Part shown: in pieces, positions 44,237 to 53,838 of the stretch
Position numbering within the stretch: position 1 is the first letter of the stretch
Layout of the letters: the number at the start of each line of letters is the position of its first letter
Assembly (NCBI GenBank): GCA_943359395.1
Contig: CALRHH010000003.1
Location: 24,846-88,845 of the forward strand
Reading direction: 5' to 3'
DNA length: 64,000 bases
DNA from: Candidatus Nomurabacteria bacterium
GTDB lineage: Bacteria; Patescibacteriota; Minisyncoccia; Phycocordibacterales; UBA2100
Program-made: the position numbers and the translations under genes
Notes under the pieces: generated by a model
The model's input: only the letters and a program-made list of their open reading frames with translations
What the model was told of the DNA's origin: nothing
Databases searched by the model: none

Positions 44237-45904
44237 TCACGGGACAGGGAGGAAGTCGACAATACGCAAGGCGAGTCCACCGTGGTAGGAATCACGCTCT
44301 ATGGTCGCAAGCACATTTGCAAACAATCCTGGCTCTGGCGAAAGAGAGAAGTCGTGAGGGGACTTGAAGAACTCAAAACCCCGGACCGACTTGCCGCTCT
44401 CGCGGCACTCGAGCACGACCTCGACGTGATTTTGCTCTTTTCCAAAACGCTTTACGCCTGTAATGGTCGTATTACTCAAAAGGAAGAGGGGCTTGGGGTT
44501 TCCGACACCAAAGGGTGCAAGTCTTGAAATCTCTTTGAATAGAATCCCTGAAATATCAGAGAGCATTACGGATACATCGTGCTCGAGCGTGCCGAGAGGA
44601 GAACGGAGAGGCAGGGTATCGATGGCGCGGGCAAGCGTCTCTGGTAACCGATGTACATGTTCGTGCGAGACGGTGAAGCCACCCGACGCGGCATGTCCTC
44701 CGTATTCCTCAAAGACATCGCCGGCATTCTGAAAGAGGTCGAGGAGGGAAACGTCTCCATCGGAACGGCATGAGCCCTTGAGCTTGCCGTTTGCATCGCG
44801 TCCCCACATACATACGATACCGCCGCGGTCTCCCATAATAGAATTCGCCGCAAGACCCAAAAGGGCAGGTTTCCATTCGGGATTACCCAAGACGACTACA
44901 CGGTCTTTCTCTGTAAATCTCTCTTTCACGTGTGCGCGTGCTTGTTTTACCAAACCTGCCACCACGCCTTTTCGCCGTGCATTCAACTTTTCGAGCTGAG
45001 CTGTCACCTTCTCAGCTTCCCCGATGTCGCGCGTGACCAAGAACCGAAGCGCCAAGTCGGGCTCGTCCATGCGTGATGCGGCATTGATGCGAGGGGCAAT
45101 AGAAAATCCTATGTCACTCTCGGAGAGCTCACTCTGACGCAAGCGCAGCGTGCTGCAGACAGCCCGGATACCGGGACGTGGTGACTTGCGCAATACTTGG
45201 ATGCCCCAGTGAGTGAGCACGCGATTTTCTCCGACGAGCGGAACCATATCGGCAATAGTCGCGATTGCGACCGTATCGAGAAGCCACTTTTCCCAGCCGT
45301 CTTGTATCTTTTGAAAACGCCCCGCGCCTCTCTTTTTTCCCTCTGAAAGCGTCGCTTGAACGAGCTTGAATGCGACCGCGGCTCCGCAGAGGTGTGGAAA
45401 CGGGTAGGGAGATATCTTCGGATTGAGTACCGCAACGGCGTCGGGGAGAGACGCTGAAATCTCGTGGTGGTCTGTCACAATGACGTCCACGCCTTTTTCT
45501 TTTGCAAAGCGTACGGCATCGACCGCCGTTGTCCCGACGTCGATTGTAATGATGAGTTTCACGTCACGGGCGGCGAGCGCTTCTATCGCGGTCGTGTGAA
45601 ATCCATAACCCTCCCTATCACGATGCGGCAGGTACACTTCGAAATTCTCGTATTCAAGCTTGGTGAAAAAATCTGAGAAAAGTGCGGCGCCCGGGATTCC
45701 GTCGCAATCAAAATCAGCATAGATGGCGATGCGCTCATTCCGTTCTACTCCCTGCAGGAGGCGCCCCACCGCCACGTCCATTCCGTGTAACAAGGATGGA
45801 CTGTGCGTATGAAGGCCATAGTCTGGATTGAGAAATGCCGCGACGTCCGATTCCAATGCGATACCGCGTTTTTCGAGCAACGAACGGACAATTCTAGAAT
45901 ACAT
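44237..45904 (-). CDS. recJ: Single-stranded-DNA-specific exonuclease RecJ (DHH/DHHA1 family).
   Basis: DFDCDGIPGAALF (motif I), VIVTDHHE (DHH motif), GGHAAS (DHHA1 GGH motif). Confidence 0.8.
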   Translation of the reverse strand: MYSRIVRSLLEKRGIALESDVAAFLNPDYGLHTHSPSLLHGMDVAVGRLLQGVERNERIAIYADFDCDGIPGAALFSDFFTKLEYENFEVYLPHRDREGYGFHTTAIEALAARDVKLIITIDVGTTAVDAVRFAKEKGVDVIVTDHHEISASLPDAVAVLNPKISPYPFPHLCGAAVAFKLVQATLSEGKKRGAGRFQKIQDGWEKWLLDTVAIATIADMVPLVGENRVLTHWGIQVLRKSPRPGIRAVCSTLRLRQSELSESDIGFSIAPRINAASRMDEPDLALRFLVTRDIGEAEKVTAQLEKLNARRKGVVAGLVKQARAHVKERFTEKDRVVVLGNPEWKPALLGLAANSIMGDRGGIVCMWGRDANGKLKGSCRSDGDVSLLDLFQNAGDVFEEYGGHAASGGFTVSHEHVHRLPETLARAIDTLPLRSPLGTLEHDVSVMLSDISGILFKEISRLAPFGVGNPKPLFLLSNTTITGVKRFGKEQNHVEVVLECRESGKSVRGFEFFKSPHDFSLSPEPGLFANVLATIERDSYHGGLALRIVDFLPVP

Positions 45905-45980
45905 GCGTGCGGTATATAGTATCTCGTATATGGTATCTAGTATACGACATACGAAATACTAAATACGATATACTGCATTT

Positions 45981-46394
45981 ATGACTTCTGATTGCCTGTT
46001 CTGCAAAATTACTGCGCGGGAGATTCCCGCCCAAGTCGTATACGAAGATGGGGATACTCTTGCATTCCTTGATATAAACCCTATCAATCCCGGACACACC
46101 CTCGTCATCCCGAAAGAGCATTCGAAGGATATATTCGATATTGATGAGAAAAATTGGGCAGCCGTCATGAGAACATCGCGCATCGTCGCTCACGCCCTTG
46201 AGAAAGCTTTGAAAACTGACGGCATAAACCTCGGTATGAATAATCGCGCGGGTGCGGGACAAATGATATTTCACGCACACGTGCACGTGATGCCTCGTAC
46301 GGTGGGAGACCCCCACAGGCCATGGCCGGGACGACCATATGCAGAAGGGGAGTTTGTCGCAATGGGAGAAAAACTCCGTGCAGCCCTGAAGTAG
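45981..46394 (+). CDS. HIT-family (histidine triad) nucleotide hydrolase.
   Basis: CLFCKI…A…VYEDGDTLAFLDINPINPGHTLVIPKEH and HAHVHVMPR (H-x-H-x-H-xx) motif. Confidence 0.8.
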   Translation: MTSDCLFCKITAREIPAQVVYEDGDTLAFLDINPINPGHTLVIPKEHSKDIFDIDEKNWAAVMRTSRIVAHALEKALKTDGINLGMNNRAGAGQMIFHAHVHVMPRTVGDPHRPWPGRPYAEGEFVAMGEKLRAALK

Positions 46395-46401
46395 AATCTC
46401 T

Positions 46402-47265
46402 TTACTGCCAGCAGAGACTAATTGGCTCTCCGATTATTTGTTCAAGATATGCGAGTGCCTCGCGTGAGCCTCCGATTCCGTCGATGAGTCCGCTCTCAAG
46501 TGCTTGTTGCCCAAGCATCGTAGAACCGTCAGCGAGTGCGTCCACCTTTTCAATTGGCAGACCCCGGTATCCCGCGACCTGCTTCACAAAAGTCTCCCGC
46601 AATATATTGAGGTCGCGGGTAATCAGCTCTCGCTCAGCGCCCGTCAGCGGCTTATCAGGACTAAAGGTATCTTTGAACGGTCCCGACGAAAGTTGCTCGT
46701 ATATCAGACCTTCGTTTTTATTCTTCTCTGATTGATTCACAAATGAGTAGGTCGCTCCGATAGAACCGACGGTTGAATCTTCGAGGGCAAGGATGCGATT
46801 CGCGGCCGCGGCGACGAGATAACCGGACGAAACACCGCCGCCGTGTATCACCGCGATAGAGGGCTTCCCGAAAGCCCGTATGGCATTTGCGATTTCCTGC
46901 CCCGCCTCGGAGCCTCCTCCAAACGAGTCGACGTCAACCAAAAGCGCTTTGATGTTTTGGTTCTCCTCCGCGGCTTTCAGTCCGTACTGTACATCGGTCG
47001 CGACGGTGTAATTGGGTGTCAAGACCGTACTCGCGGCATCATTGAGCATGAGGGTATCCGTAACAGGGACGTCTGCTCGCGTATTCACGATGTTGCCGTA
47101 CACCTGAAGGTCGAGTACGTTACAAGCAGAAAAAGAATCCGTACTCCCTGCAGACTGCACCGCCTGCGTAATGAACGGAGCCGCAGCAGACCCAACAGCC
47201 GATGCGATTATTACTGCACCCAGAAAAAGTATGGTCTTAGGGGAGAAATTATCTTCCATTCGCAT
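46402..47265 (-). CDS. sppA: Signal peptide peptidase SppA (S49 family), membrane-anchored.
   Basis: …ALLVDVDSFGGGSEAGQEIANAI…AVIHGGGVSSGYLVAAAANRILA… matches the S49/ClpP-fold pattern. Confidence 0.6.
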   Translation of the reverse strand: MRMEDNFSPKTILFLGAVIIASAVGSAAAPFITQAVQSAGSTDSFSACNVLDLQVYGNIVNTRADVPVTDTLMLNDAASTVLTPNYTVATDVQYGLKAAEENQNIKALLVDVDSFGGGSEAGQEIANAIRAFGKPSIAVIHGGGVSSGYLVAAAANRILALEDSTVGSIGATYSFVNQSEKNKNEGLIYEQLSSGPFKDTFSPDKPLTGAERELITRDLNILRETFVKQVAGYRGLPIEKVDALADGSTMLGQQALESGLIDGIGGSREALAYLEQIIGEPISLCWQ

Positions 47266-47319
47266 AGAATAGCACCCTTTAACGCGAGGCTCTTGCCACG
47301 TCTTCTAAATTGTGGAGAT

Positions 47320-48447
47320 TTAGCTGAGCACCTCTATGCCAGGCAGTGTCCCCTTCAATAGATACTCCAGCATGGCACCGCCGCCGGTTGAGAGAAAGCC
47401 TAAGCTCTCTTGCGCTACGCCTGTCTTTTCTATCGCGGCAATAGTGTCGCCGCCGCCGATTACCTTTTGTGCCTCGCTTTTCGCAATCAATTCCGCGATT
47501 CCCTGCGTGTAATGAATGTACCCGCTCTCGTACATACCGGTCGGACCTGCCCAGAGAATAAATTTTGCACTTGCAATATGCGGAGAAAGCATCGCGACGG
47601 TATCAGGTCCGATGTCTACAATCTTGTCATCGGCTTCAACATCTTGCGGTTTTTTCACGTGCGACTGACCGTCAGGTCGCTCAACGGTCACGTCGACAGG
47701 CGCAAGAAAGTTTGAGTGTTCCAAAATAGATGCGTCGGGCAATTCCTTGGATATGAGTGAGCGACCGACGGGGAGACCTCGCGCCTTGAATACATCGTTG
47801 GCAAGTGCGCCCGTAACAAACACGCGGTCATACTTTTCAAGAAGTAATTTGATGAGTGGAGCCTTTGTCTCAAATTTGGCACCACCGAGGATGGCGAAGG
47901 ACAGATGTCCAGGTGCACGCGCGGCATCAATCTGACGAACTTCCTCACGAACGAGAATGCCTGCGTACGAGGGTAAGAATTTCGTGATGTTGACCATTGT
48001 CGTACTCTCGCGGTGAATGCTCGGAAACGCATCGTTTACGTACATATCCGCGAGCGACGCGAGTTCTTGCGCAAAGGCGTCACTTCCCTCAATCTCACGC
48101 GGGTCCTGCTGTAGATTTTCAAGGAGAACAATGTTCCCGTCTTTCATCGCGGTCACAGCATCATTCACGAGCGGACCGGAGAGCGCAGGAACAAAGAAGA
48201 CGGAAAAATACGCTTTCATTGCCTTTGCCACGGGCGCCATAGTAGCCTTCGGGTCCCGACCAATCTTGGCAATCACGATAACGCGCGCTTCGTTCTTAAT
48301 AAGGAATTTGATAGTAGCGAACGATTGTTTCAAACGAAAAACATCCGTGACCTCTCCCTCGTCATTTACGGGCAAGTCTAGACCAGCACGCAATAAAACC
48401 CGCTTTCCCTTTAACTCGCCTGCAGGAATTTCATCGATACATTTCAT
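47320..48447 (-). CDS. pgk: Phosphoglycerate kinase.
   Basis: LKGKRVLLRAGLDLPVNDEGEVTD…RLKQS..TIKFL (N-terminal PGK pattern, 'RvDfNVP'-like), hinge region, C-terminal GGGDT…GGGA ATP-binding motifs. Confidence 0.8.
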   Translation of the reverse strand: MKCIDEIPAGELKGKRVLLRAGLDLPVNDEGEVTDVFRLKQSFATIKFLIKNEARVIVIAKIGRDPKATMAPVAKAMKAYFSVFFVPALSGPLVNDAVTAMKDGNIVLLENLQQDPREIEGSDAFAQELASLADMYVNDAFPSIHRESTTMVNITKFLPSYAGILVREEVRQIDAARAPGHLSFAILGGAKFETKAPLIKLLLEKYDRVFVTGALANDVFKARGLPVGRSLISKELPDASILEHSNFLAPVDVTVERPDGQSHVKKPQDVEADDKIVDIGPDTVAMLSPHIASAKFILWAGPTGMYESGYIHYTQGIAELIAKSEAQKVIGGGDTIAAIEKTGVAQESLGFLSTGGGAMLEYLLKGTLPGIEVLS

Positions 48448-48452
48448 GCTAA

Positions 48453-49199
48453 CTATCCAAGTGAACTCATAAGAATACTGAATCGCTCGGCATTGATGCT
48501 CACGTGGCCTACGATAAATCCCTGCACGCCGCTTTCTTGGAGCATCGGGAGCGCATTTGATTCAGTCGTGGCGCCTCCGTACAGAACTTTGGTATTCATT
48601 CCCGTCTCTCCCTTCAGCCCAACGATTGTCTTACGGATGAATATCGCCATCTCATGCATATCGCGCGGACTCATAGATTTCTCGCCGCCAATCGCCCAGA
48701 CAGGCTCGTATCCCACGAGCACCTTGGCAACTTTGCCTGGTTCTACGTGCGAAAAACCCGCACGCAACTGCTCTTTTACCGCGCTGTAATGTTCGCCGTT
48801 GTGCGAGCGTTCCCGTTCGCCGACACAGAGGACCGGCGTTACACCCGAAGCGAGCGCAGCGGCAACGACGTTCCCTGCACTCTCACTCGTTTCTCCTTTT
48901 GCGCGCTGCTCTGAGTGCCCTACGATAACGTACTCCGCCCCCGCTTCTTTTGCTTGAAGAATAGAGGTATCTCCCGTATATGCTCCGCTCCCCTCGGCAT
49001 TTACATTTTGAGCTGCAAAAGCGATGTGCTTGCCCTTGTATCGAGCTCGCAGCTCTCGCAAAAAGATGGTCGGAGGTGCCACGATAAGGATTACGTTCTT
49101 GGAAGCCCCGGCGGCCTTGCGTGTCGCATCAAAAAGCTGCTTCGCCTCGCGCATCGTTACAGGATTCATCTTCCAATTTGCAACGACGATAGATTTCAT
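48453..49199 (-). CDS. tpiA: Triosephosphate isomerase.
   Basis: VVANWKMN, IVGHSEQR (catalytic His/Glu region), 'GGAT' C-terminal motif. Confidence 0.85.
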   Translation of the reverse strand: MKSIVVANWKMNPVTMREAKQLFDATRKAAGASKNVILIVAPPTIFLRELRARYKGKHIAFAAQNVNAEGSGAYTGDTSILQAKEAGAEYVIVGHSEQRAKGETSESAGNVVAAALASGVTPVLCVGERERSHNGEHYSAVKEQLRAGFSHVEPGKVAKVLVGYEPVWAIGGEKSMSPRDMHEMAIFIRKTIVGLKGETGMNTKVLYGGATTESNALPMLQESGVQGFIVGHVSINAERFSILMSSLG

Positions 49200-49287
49200 T
49201 TGCCGATTGTATCACGCATAAAAAACTTGAGCGCGGCCTGCCTAGATGTGCAGGTCGCGCTCAGTGTTTTTCGACAAGGAACGGAAT

Positions 49288-49791
49288 TCAGCGGGGACCG
49301 TAGAGATCGGGATCTGGTCCACTGAAATCGGGATAGGGTTCCCCGCCCGCCCGCCAAAACAAGAATTTCTCCTGCCGCGGGGTGCGCTTAATCGGCAACT
49401 CGCCGGTCACGAACCGTGCAATGAAGTCGTCGGCGGCGATGATGGCGACCGCGACGACCACGCCCCCAGTCGGGCACGCCACAGCCCAGACGACAGAATA
49501 CTTCCAGTGACGCTTGACTTCGTACTGGAAGCGCTTCATCTGGCGCTTGGTCATCTTTTTGAGCGGGACCGGCTTGCCGACGGCAAGAATGCCCTCACCC
49601 AAGACACAGGCAACGACCTTTACGACCGCACCCGTATTATTTTTGGAACTGCCCGACTCATTGCTCGTGGAACCGCCAGGGTCAGGACAGCCGCCTTTGC
49701 AGCCGCCCCCACCACCGCCAATGTCCGCCATCGCAACTGACGAGACAAAGACCATGAACGCTGCGACTACCGCAGCGACGATATGTTTCAT
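49288..49791 (-). CDS. Small secreted Gly-rich hypothetical protein.
   Basis: Signal peptide MKHIVAAVVAAFMVFVSSVAMA, then a GGGGGGCKGGCPDPGG low-complexity region. Confidence 0.3.
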   Translation of the reverse strand: MKHIVAAVVAAFMVFVSSVAMADIGGGGGGCKGGCPDPGGSTSNESGSSKNNTGAVVKVVACVLGEGILAVGKPVPLKKMTKRQMKRFQYEVKRHWKYSVVWAVACPTGGVVVAVAIIAADDFIARFVTGELPIKRTPRQEKFLFWRAGGEPYPDFSGPDPDLYGPR

Positions 49792-49867
49792 CGATACATC
49801 TCCTCTTTCCGCCGCTGTCTCGCAACGGTGGCGATATTATGTAAGGAAAATCCACTTTGCGCAAGTT

Positions 49868-51388
49868 CTACTGCTCCCGCCACAGCTGCAGGAGGTAATC
49901 ACTACCGATACCGGGCGTAAAAGGCGCTGGATTAAAGGCTTGGAGCCTATCGTAACTCTCGTATCGGTTAAGAAATCCGGACGTATTCGCTCCGGGGCAA
50001 TATGAACTTGAGTAAGACCACTGAGTACCGACACGCTTATTCGAGACAATGGTGCCGTTCAGAGTCAGCGATGTTCTTTTGTCGTACGGTGCCTCCTCAC
50101 AATCGTAGAGGTTACGGCCGTAGTATCCATTTTGTGCGACAAACGTCCCTCGTACAGACATGACGGTCGGAGTATTTTCCGGATACATAATTGAATTTTC
50201 CGCTATAACGGTAAGTCCCGTAGTTCCGTCCGTCGTCTGGTAGTTTATGTTGTTGGGAATCAAGACGTCGGGGTTGTACGGACTCGATACGTCCGCATCT
50301 GCGGCTACCACTGTAATTTTACCTAGAACAGTACCTTCAATCCATGTGCGCGCCTTCGAGTAAATAATGGCACAGCCAGACGGAACCGTGAATGGTGAGC
50401 CCGTGAGTTCCGTTTCGGCCGCAATCCTATAGTAGTCGTGCAGCCACGTGCTCCCCGTATCAACGTGCTGGCTCCAATTCCACGATGTGGCCGTAACGCT
50501 ATAAATTCGCACGGTACCGTTACTCTGAAATATTATGTGGTACCCCTTCTGTTCGTTTTTCGCGACGGTGGAGTAGGTACTCCCCTTTTTGACGTTACCC
50601 ACGTACGTCTCGGTCCCCGAAAGAAAGATACCGCTCGCCCTTGCATACGTCTCAAGGTTGGTAAACGAAGTCGAGATACTTCCAAAGTCTATCGATTGCA
50701 CTGGATACAACCAGAGCGCAGAGCCGCTACCAGCACCAAATACGCCCGCCTTTGTCTGCGTCGGTGAACAGCCGAACGATGAGCTGCATTGCCACGTGGA
50801 AACGGCGCTCGAGACAGTTGAATTATTTGTTCCGTCCATTCGAATACCGAGATTGTTGAAGTACGGTCCGGTGATTTGGCGGTCGGAACCCGCCCACACG
50901 TCACTATTGAGGAGGTTTGAATACTCTCCGACGGAAGGTCTCATGTAGCGCGCCAAAAGCGTCCGTTTAAACGTGGGGTCCACGCTGGCGGATCCCGTCG
51001 AGGAAAGATCCACCCACTGCGTCCTCCCGCATTGAAGTGCGGCCGTCGCTGTAATGGTGGCGCTTCCAACCGTACCTCCCTCAGGGTCAGATACGACGTA
51101 TGTAGTCGGTAGCGAACTGAGCCCCGCGCCCGTCGACATTATTGTTCCGCCCGCAGCCGTGTTGTGCGCAATGAGCCATCGAAAATTCTCGAGTCCTGCC
51201 TCGGCAATATGAAGTGCTTGCTCACCGGCAAAGAGAGCGCGTCCATACCTCCCTTGCTGTAAAGCGTAGCTCGAGATCGTACCCAAAATGAGCATAAAAA
51301 CTACCGTGAACCCAACAACCATGAGTGTCGTCATGCCCGCTTGCGGTGAACGGGGAATGCTAGGACGAGAGACGCGGGAATGTTCCAT
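49868..51388 (-). CDS. Type IV pilus minor pilin / PilX-like assembly protein (hydrophobic N-terminal helix, large extracellular domain).
   Basis: N-terminal GMTTLMVVGFTVVFMLILGTISSYA resembles prepilin-type N-terminal helices. In the pilus gene block. Confidence 0.4.
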   Translation of the reverse strand: MEHSRVSRPSIPRSPQAGMTTLMVVGFTVVFMLILGTISSYALQQGRYGRALFAGEQALHIAEAGLENFRWLIAHNTAAGGTIMSTGAGLSSLPTTYVVSDPEGGTVGSATITATAALQCGRTQWVDLSSTGSASVDPTFKRTLLARYMRPSVGEYSNLLNSDVWAGSDRQITGPYFNNLGIRMDGTNNSTVSSAVSTWQCSSSFGCSPTQTKAGVFGAGSGSALWLYPVQSIDFGSISTSFTNLETYARASGIFLSGTETYVGNVKKGSTYSTVAKNEQKGYHIIFQSNGTVRIYSVTATSWNWSQHVDTGSTWLHDYYRIAAETELTGSPFTVPSGCAIIYSKARTWIEGTVLGKITVVAADADVSSPYNPDVLIPNNINYQTTDGTTGLTVIAENSIMYPENTPTVMSVRGTFVAQNGYYGRNLYDCEEAPYDKRTSLTLNGTIVSNKRVGTQWSYSSSYCPGANTSGFLNRYESYDRLQAFNPAPFTPGIGSDYLLQLWREQ

Positions 51389-51390
51389 AA

Positions 51391-51996
51391 TTAGCGGCGA
51401 ATGATATTCCGCATCGCGGCGGAAGAACGGAATGTCACCGAGACAGGGGGTTTGTTTACATCTACGTCGACGACAATATTCGCAGTCACAAAACGCAACC
51501 CTAAAATATTAGTGTAATTGAGTATCTGGACGCCACTCGCATCAAAGTAGGTAAATGCGCCGAGTGCTTGTGATATATTCCTGACATTTTCGGCAATAAT
51601 AGTCGCCACTTCTGCACCAGTATAGGCTGGAGGATCTCCCGTCGGGTTTACTATTCCCTCATACAGATTCGTACCTTGTACGTAGTAATGCACTCTCTCG
51701 ATGGCCGAATCGCTGTCGACATCCGCATAAAATACAAAATCATTGGCCGCGAGAGAAACAACGGGATACGCTCCGTTGCTCGAATACGCCGCCTCGCGAA
51801 TCGTTCGAACCATTCTGTCGATGCCACGTTGTGCCGAGGTCACGGCGGTCGCTTCCTGCAGGGCGAAACTGCTCGTACGGTAAAAATAGAGGAGAGAAGA
51901 TACGATGGCCACCATCGTCACGGCGAACATCCCCACCCAAACGACAACCTCGAGGAGTGAGAGCCCGCGGATATGCCTTGAATTTGTCGCGTACAT
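51391..51996 (-). CDS. Prepilin-type N-terminal cleavage/methylation domain protein (pilin/pseudopilin).
   Basis: RGLSLLEVVVWVGMFAV: G|(F/L)(S/T)L(L/I)E class III signal peptide motif. Confidence 0.5.
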   Translation of the reverse strand: MYATNSRHIRGLSLLEVVVWVGMFAVTMVAIVSSLLYFYRTSSFALQEATAVTSAQRGIDRMVRTIREAAYSSNGAYPVVSLAANDFVFYADVDSDSAIERVHYYVQGTNLYEGIVNPTGDPPAYTGAEVATIIAENVRNISQALGAFTYFDASGVQILNYTNILGLRFVTANIVVDVDVNKPPVSVTFRSSAAMRNIIRR

Positions 51997-51997
51997 A

Positions 51998-53803
51998 TTA
52001 GTTGAGTAGGACGGAACTACGCGTCGTCCCGCTTACGGACATCGAGCCGTTCGTACTGGTCGAATATCCTGAGGCGGAAACGACCAGTGTGTACGTACCA
52101 GATGAAAGACTACTGAAGATGGTCTGGCCACATCGGTCAGCGGTTTGCGTTGTGTCATATCCGGTCTTATACAGACGGACCGTCGCGTACGGGATGAAGC
52201 TTCCCGTCGCCGCCGAGCGCACATCCACGGCGAGTGCATGCGATGAGTGCGCGACGAGGTAAATGTCACTCACCGTTTGTGATCCCGCCACGAGAGAGAA
52301 CTTCGTTGACGTATCGAGCAGCTGAGGACTTTCTAATACCCCGTGGCAGGCTGACGCAATATCGTACACCGAGCCACTGGACTTAAATTCGTATGTGTCC
52401 CACTCCATGTTCGGTAACACAACACTCGCGCCCGCACCGCTGTTTTGACTTGTGCTGTATTTGTACTGAGTACCCGAAGGACCCGTCCCGATAGTCTTGG
52501 CCCCTACTAAAGTAAACACGACGTTCGGCAAGGGGTTGGGGCCGTAGTCGTACGAGATTGTATAAGAGTCTATTGACGGGGTGACGGAGGGACTGGCTGA
52601 TGTCAAAATTGATGCAACGCGAATAGACGGGTATGTTGTCGTCGATACATTCAGAAGGCTAATCGTCGAAGTGCCGATTCCCGCACTATTACCGGGAATT
52701 GCCGAGTCTGGGATAAGTGTCGTGCCCGAACCATCGTAAAAACGAAACAAAATTGAGGTTTGAGCGGGAGTTGATGTCGACGCGGAAAAGCTCTTCCACT
52801 TGCTAAGCGTCGTCGGCGCGATTGCAATAGATTGCAAATCGCCCGTCGCGGGATAGGAGCCCGCGCTCCCCGTGAGACGTACCACGCCACTCGCAACGGT
52901 AGTGGTAGCCGAACTCGCGATTTTACTCGAATCGGTGAACGTATCGGTCCACGTAGCGGGAAGGATTGGAGTCCACGTGTTGATTGTTTTTTGTGCCAAT
53001 ACATCGATACCGAATTGCCATGTTTTCGTCTGATTTGGAAATACGATGAGATGAGCTGGGCTCGGACTCGTATTCTGGGCGGTGACGCCATACGTCTGGT
53101 CTGATGAGTAGTCGGTCTTCGTTACCGTAATTTGGTACGCTCCAGTTGTCGTTGCGCCGATAAAGGAGGCCGTGCCGTTAACATTTGTATAAGTGGTGAA
53201 ATCAATAGCGAGACTCGCTGGCGTTGTCCCAGAATTTACGACGTGTATCTGAGCGTTTGAGACAGGCTGTGAGGACGAGTTAACGACGTTGAGTGTGAGG
53301 GTCCCTCCCGGGACCGCCGTTTCAATCCCGTTGCCGCCCGGACTCATGCGCGACAGTACAGTGATGTGCCTCTCCGTTCCACGGGATGTCCAATACACGT
53401 CGGAACGAAGCGCCTTGTAGTCGGCTGTAATGCTGTTGGTGTCAGCGCCGCCCAAGCCGTCCCCCGAGTCATCGGCATACTGAATGAACGTGCGGCGCGT
53501 ATAGGAGACACCGTTCAAGACGACTGTCTCTGTCTGCGGAATTATTCCTGCAGGTATTCCTCCTACCGTCCCGACTTGCGCATATGTAAGGCTGCGGATA
53601 TATTCCATGCGTTCATTGGCGAGCGCGATGGCTCCTGCGCGCGCCTTGCTGTTGAGGACGACATCAACCGACAATTGAAATGCGGCGAAAATCCCCAAAA
53701 AGACGACGAGCATGAGCGCCGTGCCCACAACGGTGTCCATCAGAGTCATCCCTCGCGAACGAGAAGCTGGCACAGTATAATCTGGAGAAATATATCTTTT
53801 CAT
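51998..53803 (-). CDS. Large pilin-like protein (prepilin-type N-terminus followed by ~550-aa Ser/Thr-rich extracellular region).
   Basis: RGMTLMDTVVGTALMLVVFLGIFAAF N-terminus. Co-located with pilB/pilC. Confidence 0.4.
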   Translation of the reverse strand: MKRYISPDYTVPASRSRGMTLMDTVVGTALMLVVFLGIFAAFQLSVDVVLNSKARAGAIALANERMEYIRSLTYAQVGTVGGIPAGIIPQTETVVLNGVSYTRRTFIQYADDSGDGLGGADTNSITADYKALRSDVYWTSRGTERHITVLSRMSPGGNGIETAVPGGTLTLNVVNSSSQPVSNAQIHVVNSGTTPASLAIDFTTYTNVNGTASFIGATTTGAYQITVTKTDYSSDQTYGVTAQNTSPSPAHLIVFPNQTKTWQFGIDVLAQKTINTWTPILPATWTDTFTDSSKIASSATTTVASGVVRLTGSAGSYPATGDLQSIAIAPTTLSKWKSFSASTSTPAQTSILFRFYDGSGTTLIPDSAIPGNSAGIGTSTISLLNVSTTTYPSIRVASILTSASPSVTPSIDSYTISYDYGPNPLPNVVFTLVGAKTIGTGPSGTQYKYSTSQNSGAGASVVLPNMEWDTYEFKSSGSVYDIASACHGVLESPQLLDTSTKFSLVAGSQTVSDIYLVAHSSHALAVDVRSAATGSFIPYATVRLYKTGYDTTQTADRCGQTIFSSLSSGTYTLVVSASGYSTSTNGSMSVSGTTRSSVLLN

Positions 53804-53838
53804 TTTCCTTTCAGCTGTACCATACCAGCCTGCGGTCG

